Both the position numbers and the translations under genes were made by a program. Source: the human T2T-CHM13v2.0 reference genome, Homo sapiens. From it: DNA of 64,000 bases. The notes beneath the pieces were generated by a model that did no database searches, was not told where the DNA came from, and was given only the letters and a program-made list of their open reading frames with translations. The DNA is taken from the NCBI RefSeq assembly GCF_009914755.1, contig NC_060947.1, one strand, 5' to 3'. Below, in pieces: positions 12,745 through 23,414 of the stretch; within the stretch, counting starts at the first letter, position 1; every line of letters starts with the position of its first letter.

Positions 12745-12928
12745 CAGACTGTGAACTTAGAACTTGAATCCCCATATCTGCTTCTTACTAGAGTTATTTA
12801 TTGTAAATTTTATGAAAACTCTGACTCACCTTTTTAAAGGATTAAATGAGGTCAGAAACAATGAAACATAGCTCAGAGAAGTGGCTAATGGATAACACAT
12901 ACTATATAAATGTGACTTATTATTATTC
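12745..12928 (+). mobile_element. MIR SINE
   Basis: CTTGAATCCCC...AGGATTAAATGAGG...TAAATGTGACTTATTATTATT. Confidence 0.5.
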
Positions 12929-13037
12929 CTGTTTTTCTTAAAGAACTCAATAAATGGAGCTATTGTCATAAATATACACACCTTTGGTTATTCAACCCAT
13001 TCACAACCACATACCACAGATCAAAATCATGTAGGCA

Positions 13038-13160
13038 GGCCCAGCACAGTGGCTCCCACCTGTTATCCCAGGATGTTTGGAGGCCAAGGAGGGAGGATCA
13101 CTTGAGCCCACGAGTTCAAGATGAGCCTGGGGAACACAGCGAGAACCCATCTCTTAAAAA
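13038..13160 (+). mobile_element. FLAM (free left Alu monomer)
   Basis: GGCCCAGCACAGTGGCTC...GGATCACTTGAGCCC...CCCATCTCTTAAAAAA, flanked by an ATGTAGGCA direct repeat (TSD). Confidence 0.85.
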
Positions 13161-13303
13161 ATTTATGTAGGCAAATTAATAGAATGGCAACTTTTAACTT
13201 TTTTTGTACAGAGGTTAATGTCAGTACAGAAAAAGGAGCAGGTAGTTTTCAGAGTGACAGCATCATTAGAGGCATCACTGGAGGAAAGACAGCCACCTTA
13301 TAA

Positions 13304-13694
13304 TGTTGGGAGCCAAAAGTCTGAGAGTAGTGACCAACTCAACATTCCACTGGAGGCTATATGATCAAACAGCAAACTGCACCTGCCACCAGAAGGTATG
13401 CTGAGGGAAGTCACTCCCTGGTGCCGTGCTCCTTGAAGTTATCTACTGGAACATCTGGAGCCTACTGTTCAAAGAATGCAGACATGGAGGCCTGCACTAA
13501 GTCAAGCAGCTGACTGACAACCACCCACTTCTCCCTATCTCCTTTACTCAATAAATACGAAGGGTTTAGAAGCTCAGGGCCCTTGTTCACTAAAAGCAAG
13601 GAGCCCCTGACCCCTTCTTCCAAACATACTCTTTTGTCTTTGTCTTTATGCCCGTGTTCATCCTCCTTTGTTCAGTCCAGCAAGGTCTGCAGCA
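13304..13694 (+). mobile_element. Solo LTR3-type LTR (HERV-K HML-6)
   Basis: TG...CA termini; perfect 6 bp TSD TTATAA (13298-13303 and 13695-13700); TGTTGGGAGCC...CATTCCACTGGAGGCTATATGATCAAACAGCAAACTG matches recalled LTR3; AATAAA at 13550-13555. Confidence 0.85.
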
Positions 13695-14972
13695 TTATAA
13701 AGTGAAAAGCAAACACTGTGTATAGTTTTAATAAAAAATATAACCAACACACAACAAACCTAAGAAATAAAAGGAATTTACAAGCAATGTATAATGTAAT
13801 GTAATGTTTTGGCTTGAAATAATAGCCTGGATGTTCAACAAGCTCCTGGGAAACAGTTAATGTCACATTACGAATTGCATAAGTGCAGTGAATGGAAAGC
13901 CCAGTACTGCATTTGTTTTTTCTCTGTTGCACACAAGTGCAAAAATGTTGCTTGGGGCTAGTTTACCTTCTGTGTTCTTTCAGGTATGGTAACCATTTGT
14001 CCAAGATTTTCACCTATCATCCTGATATCAATATGAAGAGTCTCTCTTTTTACACTTGAAAGTATTCCCGTTGGTAAAATAAAATCTTACATGGTCAGAT
14101 TCGGTTTCATCTATCACTATTATTTTTAACATCAAAATGGGAAAGAGGTATATATCATGAACAGTGGGGCAAAAGAAAAAAAAAGAAATGGAGGGAGAGG
14201 AAAATAGAAGAGGAGAGTAAAATATCTGGAAAAGACAAATATTTGTTTCTAAAAGTTAAGTGTTTTTGAGGGATAAGTGGTAAGTTTCAGAAGTTCTTCC
14301 ACAGTTTTTGTGATGTTTAGATATTCAGGTATTACTGGAATAGATTAACTAATGTATGTGTCCCTAGCATATCAATCATTTCATTCATATTTTGAAAATA
14401 TTAGAGTTCAAGAATGTATTCACTTTTGATTATACCATATATTCAGTATCTGTTAGGGTCTTGTTCATATTCCATGTTGAGCTTTTTCCATTTTCTTCAA
14501 GAGTATGTAAACTATTATGCTATTCACAGGTATTTTTCAAAAGAACAATCTTTTAAATTTATTACTTTTGGATTACATTTCCTTTTACTAATGATTCATA
14601 GCTGTCTTTTAGTAAGTACCTCTTTTCCCTTAGATTTATTCTATTGCTCTTTATTATTTTCATTTTTTATTATTTTCCTTTCTCATGTAATTTGCTAACT
14701 ATTTTAACAAGATAATCGTTTAAGACTATAAGCTTCCTAAGAATGAAATTGAGGCTTGTTCAACGGGCTCCTGGAAATAACTGAAAACTATCTTTCAATG
14801 TAAATAGTCTAATGGAATGGTTCAGCAGTGTAGAGTAAAATCATTTAGGTAATTTCTTCCATAAACATGGAATACTTCCTATAAATTCAGAAGCTCTTCT
14901 GATTAACAGTCGCCAAGTTGAAAAATGTGTGGAAAAGATACTTTCATCAAGCAAGTTGCCCACTCGTTTTCT

Positions 14973-15281
<309 letters not shown>

Positions 15282-15868
15282 TGCCCACTCATTTTCTTAG
15301 GAACCATGAAATTTCAACTCAGATATTATAACTGGAGTGAAACTGATTGTTATGAAAAACAAGTCATATCTTTGTATTCTATCCAACAGAACATGAGGAT
15401 ACAGAAATCAACTTTGAAACAGATTTTAAATATCTGATTTGCATTTACTATTTTCAATAACAGCAAAAGATGGGTGTAGAATTTATGGAATTCATCCAGA
15501 ATCTCACGAATAATGTCAGAGCTGGTACTAGAATCTGCTTAGGGTGCTCAGGATATTTCACACAAACTGGTATTAGAAATGCATTATGTATTTGTTAAAA
15601 GCAGAAATGAGAAAATAATCTGAAAATTGTTAGTTGTTGGGTATAATCAGAAGTAAGAATATGCTCTCATATTTATGATTCAATATGGCTTTGACCCAAT
15701 TTGTGTCTGTATCTGACAGTGTTTAAGTCTTGCGGTCAGGCAACTGGAGTCTGAACAACCTTTCAAAGAAAGTCTGCATTTGAACTCTGATTTTAAAGGG
15801 GTAGTAATGTTCTCTCTTACTATCAAAAGTATAATATTGTGGAAAACAGAAAGCATATAATTTTGCAT

Positions 15869-17608
15869 CTAAATGGATAGCATACCTCCTTCTGGCATTT
15901 TAAATTGCTCTGATTTTGGCAGAATCTTCCCCTTGTCATCGGGACCATCTCTGCATTCATCCCCAGTCTTTGACTGAGACAGCTCCTGGAGATCAGTTTC
16001 CAGGTCAGGTACTTAAAAATACAAAGGTTATCGACTGAAGCAGGCAAACAAGAAAGATAAATAAGGAAATGATAATATTCTTTTCCTCAGCGTTATGAAA
16101 TAAAAGGCTGTAGGCTACTGTGGTAATAAATGTGATGCAAAGATGTCCCACCTTTGTTTTCCTGTATTATAAAATCTTATCTTAAATGACAATCTGAGGA
16201 AAAATCAGACCACACTTACATTTCCTATACTTTACCATTGTGTATTATAAACAGTGAGTATCAGCTGTCTAGGAAATCTAAAGACTGCTCAATGGATAGC
16301 ATTTTAATCATAACTTAAATGTAATTTTCTGAAAGATTAGATGAGTGTATTGGTAAGCCTATGACAAATCTTACAGTCCTGACACTCATCACCTGTTGAG
16401 GTAACTTGAAAACTTTTTGGTTAAAATTAAACAAACTTAGGTCCAAAGGCCCTATATGTAACTTTCCATAAATGAATCTCATTCAGAAAAAAATACCAAA
16501 TACAACAGCAAAATCACTGTCTTCCATGAGAGTACAGGAACTTGAGTGAAAAAAAATTAATGGGTATTGTTGACAGTCATATTCTGGAAACCCCTTAACA
16601 GTGAATTGCTAAAATAATCCATGACCCAAATTCTGTCAATGTTTAACTTCAAAATGCTATCTGTTGAGGAAATAATTTCTGTTTCATGATAATCTTATCA
16701 TACTTTGAGTTTTCTAATTATAAAAGTATTTAAACCGTTAAAAAGTCCCTTAAAATCATACTAATATAGCTACCTGTATGCCAATGTCCTAAATTATCCA
16801 ACTTTTACCAAACATACTGTCAAAAATACAGAGCAAAGGAAACAGTGGCTGTCATTCATTGAGCTCTTTTCTGGAGTTACTATCCTGCTTCACTGAAGTA
16901 CCTTACAGTAGAGACACATTCGAGTATGAACATTTTAAGCAAAATAATTCACATTTTCTAACACAGTTGGTAGGAAGAACACAAACCTTGGAATGAAATA
17001 TGAATTCCTTCTCCATGAGTCAAGTGTTCTTGGTAAGCCTCCATTTCAGAGCCTCAGTTTTCTTACTTATAAAATGGGGCTAATATCCCTATGCAAATGG
17101 GCTTTATTCAGGATGTTATAAGGTAGGGTGACTTGGCTTTCTACATGCTATTAAAGGGTGCATACAATACTGTGGACACCACAGCTGAGAAGATCAGACA
17201 ACATTCTAAGAAGATAAAACTAGTGAAATTTTGTACACCACATTAAAGAGTTTCATCTGATTTAGCAAGGACTGTATTTTCAAGCATGCAAAATAAACGT
17301 CGAAGAAAAAGAGAAGATTCATCGTATCCAGGGACGGCATGAAGCTGCAAACTATACTCTTCACTTTTCCAGCCAACTTTGAGCAAGTGTTTGAGATCCT
17401 TTCCTAATGTTTTCTTTCCTCCTGTTACTGTTTATGGCATAATGCATGATGCACATATAGGCCTCTCCTGCCCACCCCCCAACCATAGATATTCTTTCTT
17501 TCTCTTCCCAGCACCTTGAATCTCAGCTGCACCCCTGATCTTCTCTCTCCTCACCAGGTGTAGGATCCCGACTTTCAGTTGGTGGTTCCTCTTGCTGAGG
17601 TTCCTCAT
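15869..17608 (-). CDS. Candidate spliced alternative-frame ORF (exon 3 ATG + exon 4), XAGE1b-like, about 78 aa if intron 4 is read through
   Basis: ATG at 17608-17606 gives MRNLSKRNHQLKVGILHLVRREKIRGAAEIQ, splices in frame to exon 4 and continues GMLSI to TAG at 15871-15869; no expression evidence available. Confidence 0.3.
15886..16011 (-). other. XAGE exon 4 (126 nt, GAGE-domain C-terminal part)
   Basis: tttttaag|TACCTGACCTGGAA...CCAGAAGGAG|gtatgc; open in the family frame: (V)PDLETDLQELSQSKTGDECRDGPDDKGKILPKSEQFKMPEG. Confidence 0.9.
16985..17150 (+). mobile_element. MIR in XAGE intron 3
   Basis: GAGCCTCAGTTTTCTTACTTATAAAATGGGGCTAATA, MIR core. Confidence 0.65.
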
Positions 17609-17618
17609 CACTGGGCTC
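17515..17618 (-). other. XAGE exon 3 (104 nt) carrying the +1 frameshift
   Basis: cacacacccctggttccag|GAGCCCAGTGATGAG...GATCAGGGGTGCAGCTGAGATTCAAG|gtgctg. Confidence 0.9.
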
Positions 17619-18110
17619 CTGGAACCAGGGGTGTGTGTGTGCAGATAATTTGTTATCAATACATTTCAATAATATAAATATACAGAATACATAGATATTT
17701 CTGATCATAAGTCTAAAGACATTTCTCCAGCACTCTTCCACATACTTATACTTCATAAAGTTACTCTTCCCACAGAGAGGTTACTCTAAGACAGTTGCCC
17801 TCAAGGGCTCTGGAAGCTGTTTTAATCTATGTTGGGATGAATGTGTGTAATCTTTTGCAAATAAGCATGAGAAGGAAATCGTGGGCAAAATCTGGGGAAC
17901 ACAAGATCATCCATCCAGACAACAGAAGAACTTAATCCTCTTGGATTAGTCTTTCCTTCATGAGATGCCATGATCATTTTTATCAGCATGGAAGACCTTT
18001 ATTGGTGAATCCATACTGGTTCAACAACAATTACAAAACATAGTTTTGTAACAACAAGTTACAAAAATAACTTTCTGCTAATAGAAAACATCAAAGGTTA
18101 AGACACTCAC

Positions 18111-18199
18111 CAGCATAGGCCCAATCAGCTCAGGAGGTGGTACGCTTCTCCTTGGTCTAGGCCTATATGTTGATCTTACTCTCCAAATCATATTTCACA
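18111..18199 (-). other. XAGE exon 2 with canonical start codon at 18191
   Basis: tctgtttgcag|TGTGAAATATGATTTGGAGA...CCTATGCTG|gtgagt; 27 codons MIWRVRSTYRPRPRRSVPPPELIGPML. Confidence 0.9.
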
Positions 18200-18699
18200 C
18201 TGCAAACAGAATACTGTGAATTGGTAAATGCACTTGAAAGGACAGCTGTATTTGACCACTTCCATGACCAAATGTTAACTTGTCATTTTTTAAAAGTTTG
18301 TAAATACTTTCGAACTAAGTCTCAGGGTAAGTGTAAGTATGTGTGCCTTCCAAATGCTCGCAAAGTCACTTAAGTTGGTCAAGCTAGCTGAGCAATGTCT
18401 CATAGCTCCTGGCAAAAGACATAGGATATTTCCGATGAGGTTTGGTTTCACAACTGAACTCTCCTCCGTGGAGGCATTTAGGAAAATACAGCCAGAGAAT
18501 TAAAACTGCAGTGACCACGACTTTTGTCACCCACCCATTTGCTAGGCCCGTTTCCCCCCTAAAATCAAGTTTTGTTGGAACGCAGAGCCCCACCCATTCA
18601 AATCTCCACAGTGGAGTTGAGAAGTTGCCACACAGCACTGGGCCCTCCTCACTGTACACCTCTGCCAGGCGTTCTACAGACCTCAGGGCCATGGTCACC

Positions 18700-19540
18700 A
18701 ACCCGCAGTGTTCCCAGTTCCCTTCCTTAATGCCCACCCCGCTCCTTCCTGGGTCGCCACGGAGGAGTCTGGAATCTGTCCTCTGTCGAGGGTTTCAGGG
18801 ACTCAGATACCTGCCCCAGCACCCCCAGCACTCACCCCATCTTCATCTGACCCCTCTCAACTACTCGGTCCACCTTCTTCCCTCGTTCTGACCCTACCAC
18901 AACAAGGCCCACAGCGGTGCCACCTCACGAGAAGAAGGACGAGCACTTTGAGACCCTTCGGCCTCTGAGGCCACGTACCACCCTGCCCCACACTCAGGAC
19001 GGCCGCTGGCTCCTCCTCACACTCACTCACACTTCAAGCCCTGGGAGGACTGGCCTGTGGACCTACCGGCTGCGTCTCAGCAGGACAGAAAAAGTCCCGA
19101 CAGCAGGAACGCGATCCTCAAGCCTTCACAGCTCCCTGGCGTTCACCACATGGGCAAAGGGGCCGAGGGGAAGACGCCCAGTGGACATGCGCAGTGAGGT
19201 CGGTGCCTGCCTGGTGGGCTGTGGCACCCCTCCTCGCCCCACCCCATCCCGCACCGCGCAGTCCTCTGCCTTCTCCCAGGTTTCCGCTGAAGAGTATGGA
19301 ATGTGTCTTCTGTGGGCGGTTTCATATGCCTCCGGGACTCAAATACCACAAATAGTTTCCCCCTTCAAAACTCACTCCATGTTCACTAGGTCCTCCTCCC
19401 CTCTATGGCCCTCCTTCCTCCCCTGTCTGGGACCCCCACGACAGCAAGGCCAAGGCTGTGTCACCACCTGTTAGGAGAAGGACAGGAACCTCAAGGACCT
19501 CCCCGTCGGAGGCCATAGACCGCGCCGCGGGCTCCTCCTC
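18700..19540 (-). promoter_or_regulatory. GC/CpG-enriched promoter and first-intron region of the XAGE copy
   Basis: Visibly higher GC and CpG content than the flanks; partial NRF1-like TGCGCATG at 19186-19193 and CATGTG E-box variant at 19147-19152 near exon 1. Confidence 0.6.
19067..19186 (-). other. XAGE non-coding exon 1 (5' boundary approximate)
   Basis: CACTGGGCGTCTTC...AACGCCAGGGAGCTGTGA...CTGAGACGCAGCCG|gtaggt parallels the recalled GAGE/XAGE mRNA 5' end. Confidence 0.75.
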
Positions 19541-19939
19541 ACAGTCTCTCCCACTTCAACTCTGGGAAGACTGATCTTCGGACTTACTGGCTGACTCCTA
19601 GTCAGCAGCACAGAAGGAAGTCATGATGTCTCCTTGCACAGCTCTGCAGGGACAGAAGGCAGACAGCAAGGCACATGGACAAGGGACTTGGGCAGCAAGG
19701 GATGTGCACACTGAGTCAGGCACATGCAAGGCCACCCGGGGTTTTCCCTCTCTCCCCAGGCTCGCATCCCTAAGGTGTTTGTAGTAGAAGGAAAGGGACT
19801 AAGAGGCTTTGTTCTCTCTCTTGCCCTACCATTCTCATGCATCCAGAAACACTGGGAACAGACAGTCCCATGTCACCATTAGTGGAGGATGTGGCTCAGA
19901 AAGACCTTTTGTGACAGAAATAAATTACTTTAATATCTC

Positions 19940-20100
19940 TATTTATACATTCTTTTTTCTCATTTATATATGCATGGGTGCCTGCCATGTTGCAGGAAAT
20001 ATCTGGGATGCTGGAAATGTGAAGACCAAGGAACCACACGTGGTATGTTCCATGGAGGCTACCACACTGTGGTGGGGAAGACAGACAGTTAAACTGAAGA
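19940..20100 (-). mobile_element. L2 3' fragment
   Basis: CATTTAT...GGGTGCCTGCCATGTTGCAGG...CTGGGATGCTGG...GTGGGGAAGACAGACA. Confidence 0.5.
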
Positions 20101-20199
20101 GCAGTTGAACTGCAAAGGAGAAACATGGGGAACAGACCCAGGGGAGTAAAGAACAATGAATGTAGTGGCCAAGAAGCAGGGCGAAACAACACAATTTCT

Positions 20200-20440
20200 C
20201 AAGAAGATAATATTTCTCCATTGCCTTTGCACCTTTTTTGAAAATGAGTTTATCATGTCTGTGAACCTATTGCTGGACTCCATTCTGATCTGTTGATTTT
20301 TCCCCAGTACCACATTCTCTGGATTACTATAGAATTAGCATGACTCTTGATATTAGGTAGTGTGAGTTCCCCAAAGTTATAGTTCAGAATCGTTTTGGCT
20401 GTTCTGGTTCCTTTTCCTTTCTATGTAATTTTGAAAAATG
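20200..20440 (-). mobile_element. Old L1M ORF2 fragment
   Basis: ATTGCCTTTGCACCTTTT...CAGTACCACATTCTCTGGATTACTATAG...GGTAGTGTGAGTTCCCC. Confidence 0.55.
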
Positions 20441-20834
20441 ACTCCAATGAAGTGGGTTGTATAAATTCATGCAGTTTCCCTTTGAAGGGCAGCAGATAAA
20501 TGTGTTAGTGGCTACAGGAGGACATGGGGGAAGAAGGTGAGTTCCCCCTTAGCTTGGGGAATTATCCCATTTAGAGGGAGCAGTTGGTGGTTCAGGAGAG
20601 AGGAATGATCATTGTAGGAACAAAGCCCCTGAGAAGGTGAGAGGCATGGGATCCTGAGCTGAGGTGAGGGGCTGGCATCAGTTAGGAGCATTTGTATGCA
20701 GAAAGGCGGTGGAGAATGCCAGGGCAAGCATGGGCAAACTGGGTTTGGGAAGCTCTAAGAGTTCCCAGCAGATCGCTTCTCTCCTCTGAATGAATCATTA
20801 TAGGAGGTCATTCAAATGAAGGAGAGTTTGTAGC

Positions 20835-22170
20835 ATTGTGTGGGTGTTTATATAACTATAGAGAAAGTTTCTGTCATCTCAGAGAATACATCCATCATCA
20901 TGAACAGAATATTCCTAGAAATATGAATGTTGAAGGTGCTTCTGGTGAGCACTCAGACAGGAATGGGGAACACGTTATTGGAAACATGTGGACACATAGT
21001 CCTTGTAAGAAAGTAGCAGAGAATTTGGCTAGAATGCATTCTCTTAGATGCAAATTAGAACTTGTAAGTGATGAAATTGTATATGTAGCTAAGAACATTT
21101 CTAAGCAAAGTATTGAAGTTGTGGCCTGGTTTCTCCTTGCTGCTGGTTGCAAAATGCAAGGGAGGAGAAATAAATCAACGACAGAACTGCTGAGCAAAAA
21201 GGAATCAGCCCTTGATTATTTAGAAGATTCTCAGCCTATCCAGATAGCAAGCTCTGGAAATAGGGCCAAGGGTGTAGTGGGACAACTGATTGCTAAAGAG
21301 ATGAGGTATGTGAGTCATGGATCCAGTCAACCATCTCAGCAGAATGCAGAGAAGGAGATGCATTTATCCAGGGAAGATCTGTGGAGGACTCAGGGTCTGT
21401 TGGCATGGATGCCACGAATTACATCAGAGGCCAACATGTTTTGAGGATTTTATACCAAAAGAAGCACAGCCAGCCTGGAATAAAAGAAACAGAAATGGGA
21501 CAAAATAAAGGAAGAGTGACTTTGAGAGGAGAGCTACAGATGCAGAGGCTGGCAAGCTGCCACTGCCTCTGTAGGCCCAGAGAGCAGCGACCTGGGGAAC
21601 AGGAATACAGACACTTCCTCCTGAGCTCCAGATGGCAGAGCCACCTCCTCGATTTCAGGGAACAGGGCTTCTGCCCAGGGTCGAGGGAGCAGGGCTAACA
21701 CTCAGGTCCAAGAAGGCAGAGATGCCACCACACTAGGCCCAGAGGACACAGCATCAAGCCAAAGAGGACCATTCTGAAGCCTTAAAAATCTCATGGAATT
21801 TGCCCTGCTAGGTTTCAGACTTGCTTGTTCCCCACGACTCCTTTTCTTCTTCCATCTTCTCCATTTTGGAATGGGAATGTTTCTCCTATGCCTGCACCTT
21901 CATGCTGTTTGGAAGCAGATAATGTCTTGTCTGGTTTCACAAGTTCACAGATGGAAAAAATTTTGTCCTAGGATACAACATACTCTGAATCTCACCGTTT
22001 CCTGATTTTGATGATATTTGAATGAGATTTGAGATTTAGAGTTGATGCTAGAAAGAATTTCGAGGATGTTGAGATGAAGTGAATGCATTTTAGATGTGAA
22101 AGGACATGAATTTTGAGGTGCCAGATCATGGATTTTTACATGTTAAATTATATCCCCTTCAGAAATTTAT
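20835..22170 (+). mobile_element. MaLR internal sequence (MLT1-int-like) with the start of an LTR
   Basis: GAACACGTTATTGGAAAC...AAAGTAGCAGAGAATTTGGCT...AAGCAAAGTATTGAAGTTGTGGCCTGGTTTCTCC...GGACATGAATTTTG are typical MaLR internal motifs. Confidence 0.7.
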
Positions 22171-22189
22171 TCTTGCATAAAACATAGAT

Positions 22190-23260
22190 ACTGTACTGTT
22201 CCAGACCACAATAAACAAGTCACACACATTTTTTGGTTTCCTAGTGCATATAAACGTGATGTTTATAGTATGTTCTCACTCATAAGTGGGAACTAAGCTA
22301 TGTGGATGCAAAGGCATAAGAATGATACAATGGACTTTGAGGACTCAGGGGAAAGGGTGGGATGGGGGGTGAAGGATAAAGGACTACAAATTGGGTTCAG
22401 TGTATACTGCTCGGGTGATGGCTGCACCAAAATCTCACAAATCACCACTAGAGATCTTACTCATATAACCAAATAACACCTGTTCCCCAAAAACCTATTG
22501 AAATAAAATATTTTTAAAATAATAAAAAAATAAAATAAAAGTGAAGTTTACACTACCCTATAGTCTGTTAACTGTGCAATAGTACTATGTCAAAAAAAGT
22601 ACAATGTATCAAGCTTTCTGTATATGTTTGCTACCTTAATCGGAAAATACTGTATTGCTAAAACATGCTAAAGACCATCTGAGCCTGAAGCCTGAGTTGT
22701 AACTTTTGGGCTGGTAGAGGGTCTTGCCTGGATGTACATGGCTGCTGACTGACTAGGGTGCTGGTTGTTGAAAGTTGGGTGGCTGTGTCAATTTATTTTC
22801 TTTTTTATTTACTTTTTAACAAGCTAATACTACATGGAAGGCTGTGGCAATTTCTTAAAATAAGACAACAATGAAATTTCCTCCATTGATGGACTCTTCC
22901 TTTCACGAAAGATTTCTCCATAACAGACAATGCTGCTTGATAGCATTTTACCTAAAGTAGAACTCCTTTATAAATTGGAGTCAGATCTCTCAAATCCTGC
23001 CATTACCTAATCAACTCATCCTTTGCTGTCATTTCCACGGTGTTCACAGCATCTTCACTGGGAGTAGATTTCATCGCAAGAAACTATTCTCTTCATTCAT
23101 CCATAAGAAGCAACTCCTCACAGGTTAAAGTTTTATCATGAGATGGCAGCAGTTGAATCACCTCTTCACGCTCCACCCTTGTTCTCTTGCTGTTTCCACC
23201 ATGTCGGCAGGTACTTCATCCACTGGAGCCATGAACCCCTCAAAACCACCCATGAGGGAA
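22190..23260 (-). mobile_element. Tigger1 DNA transposon fragment (3' part), interrupted by two insertions
   Basis: TTCCAGACCAC...TTTTTGGTTTCCTAGTGCATATAAA...GGCTGCTGACTGA...GCAATTTCTTAAAATAAGACAACAATGAA...CCATAAGAAGCAACTCCTCA match recalled Tigger1. Confidence 0.8.
22270..22540 (+). mobile_element. L1PB-type 3' end inserted in Tigger1
   Basis: ATGTTCTCACTCATAAGTGGG...GCAAAGGCATAAGAATGATACAATGGAC...AAATCTCACAAATCACCACTA...A-rich tail; diverged TSD TAAA(C/A)GTGA(T/A)GTTTA. Confidence 0.8.
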
Positions 23261-23414
23261 TACACGGTCTGCTGTCGTTATGAGGAGTTTTCTTTACGTG
23301 TCACTTAGATCCAAATAGTCCATGGTACCATTCAGTTCATCTATATGTTGCTGACTTTTTTCCATTGGTTCTGTCTGATTTGATTATGTATTTTAAAGCT
23401 TTGTAGTTGAGTTC

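Larger units (their letters stand above)
15886..19186 (-). pseudogene. XAGE-4: XAGE-family (GAGE/PAGE/XAGE) cancer-testis gene copy, XAGE3-like, with a frameshifted canonical ORF; probably XAGE-4
   Basis: Four exons with canonical GT-AG sites encode MIWRVRSTYRPRPRRSVPPPELIGPML / EPSDEEPQQEEPPTESRDPTPGEEREDQG[+1]AAEIQ / VPDLETDLQELSQSKTGDECRDGPDDKGKILPKSEQFKMPEG, very close to recalled XAGE3. An extra G in CAGGGGT gives TGA at 17523-17525 (58 aa product). Symbol assigned from memory. Confidence 0.85.

Noticed and set aside
18384-19474. Overlapping 86-185 aa ORFs around the XAGE first exon and intron
   Set aside because: Expected in GC-rich, stop-poor promoter DNA; no recognisable protein similarity and mostly antisense to the gene.
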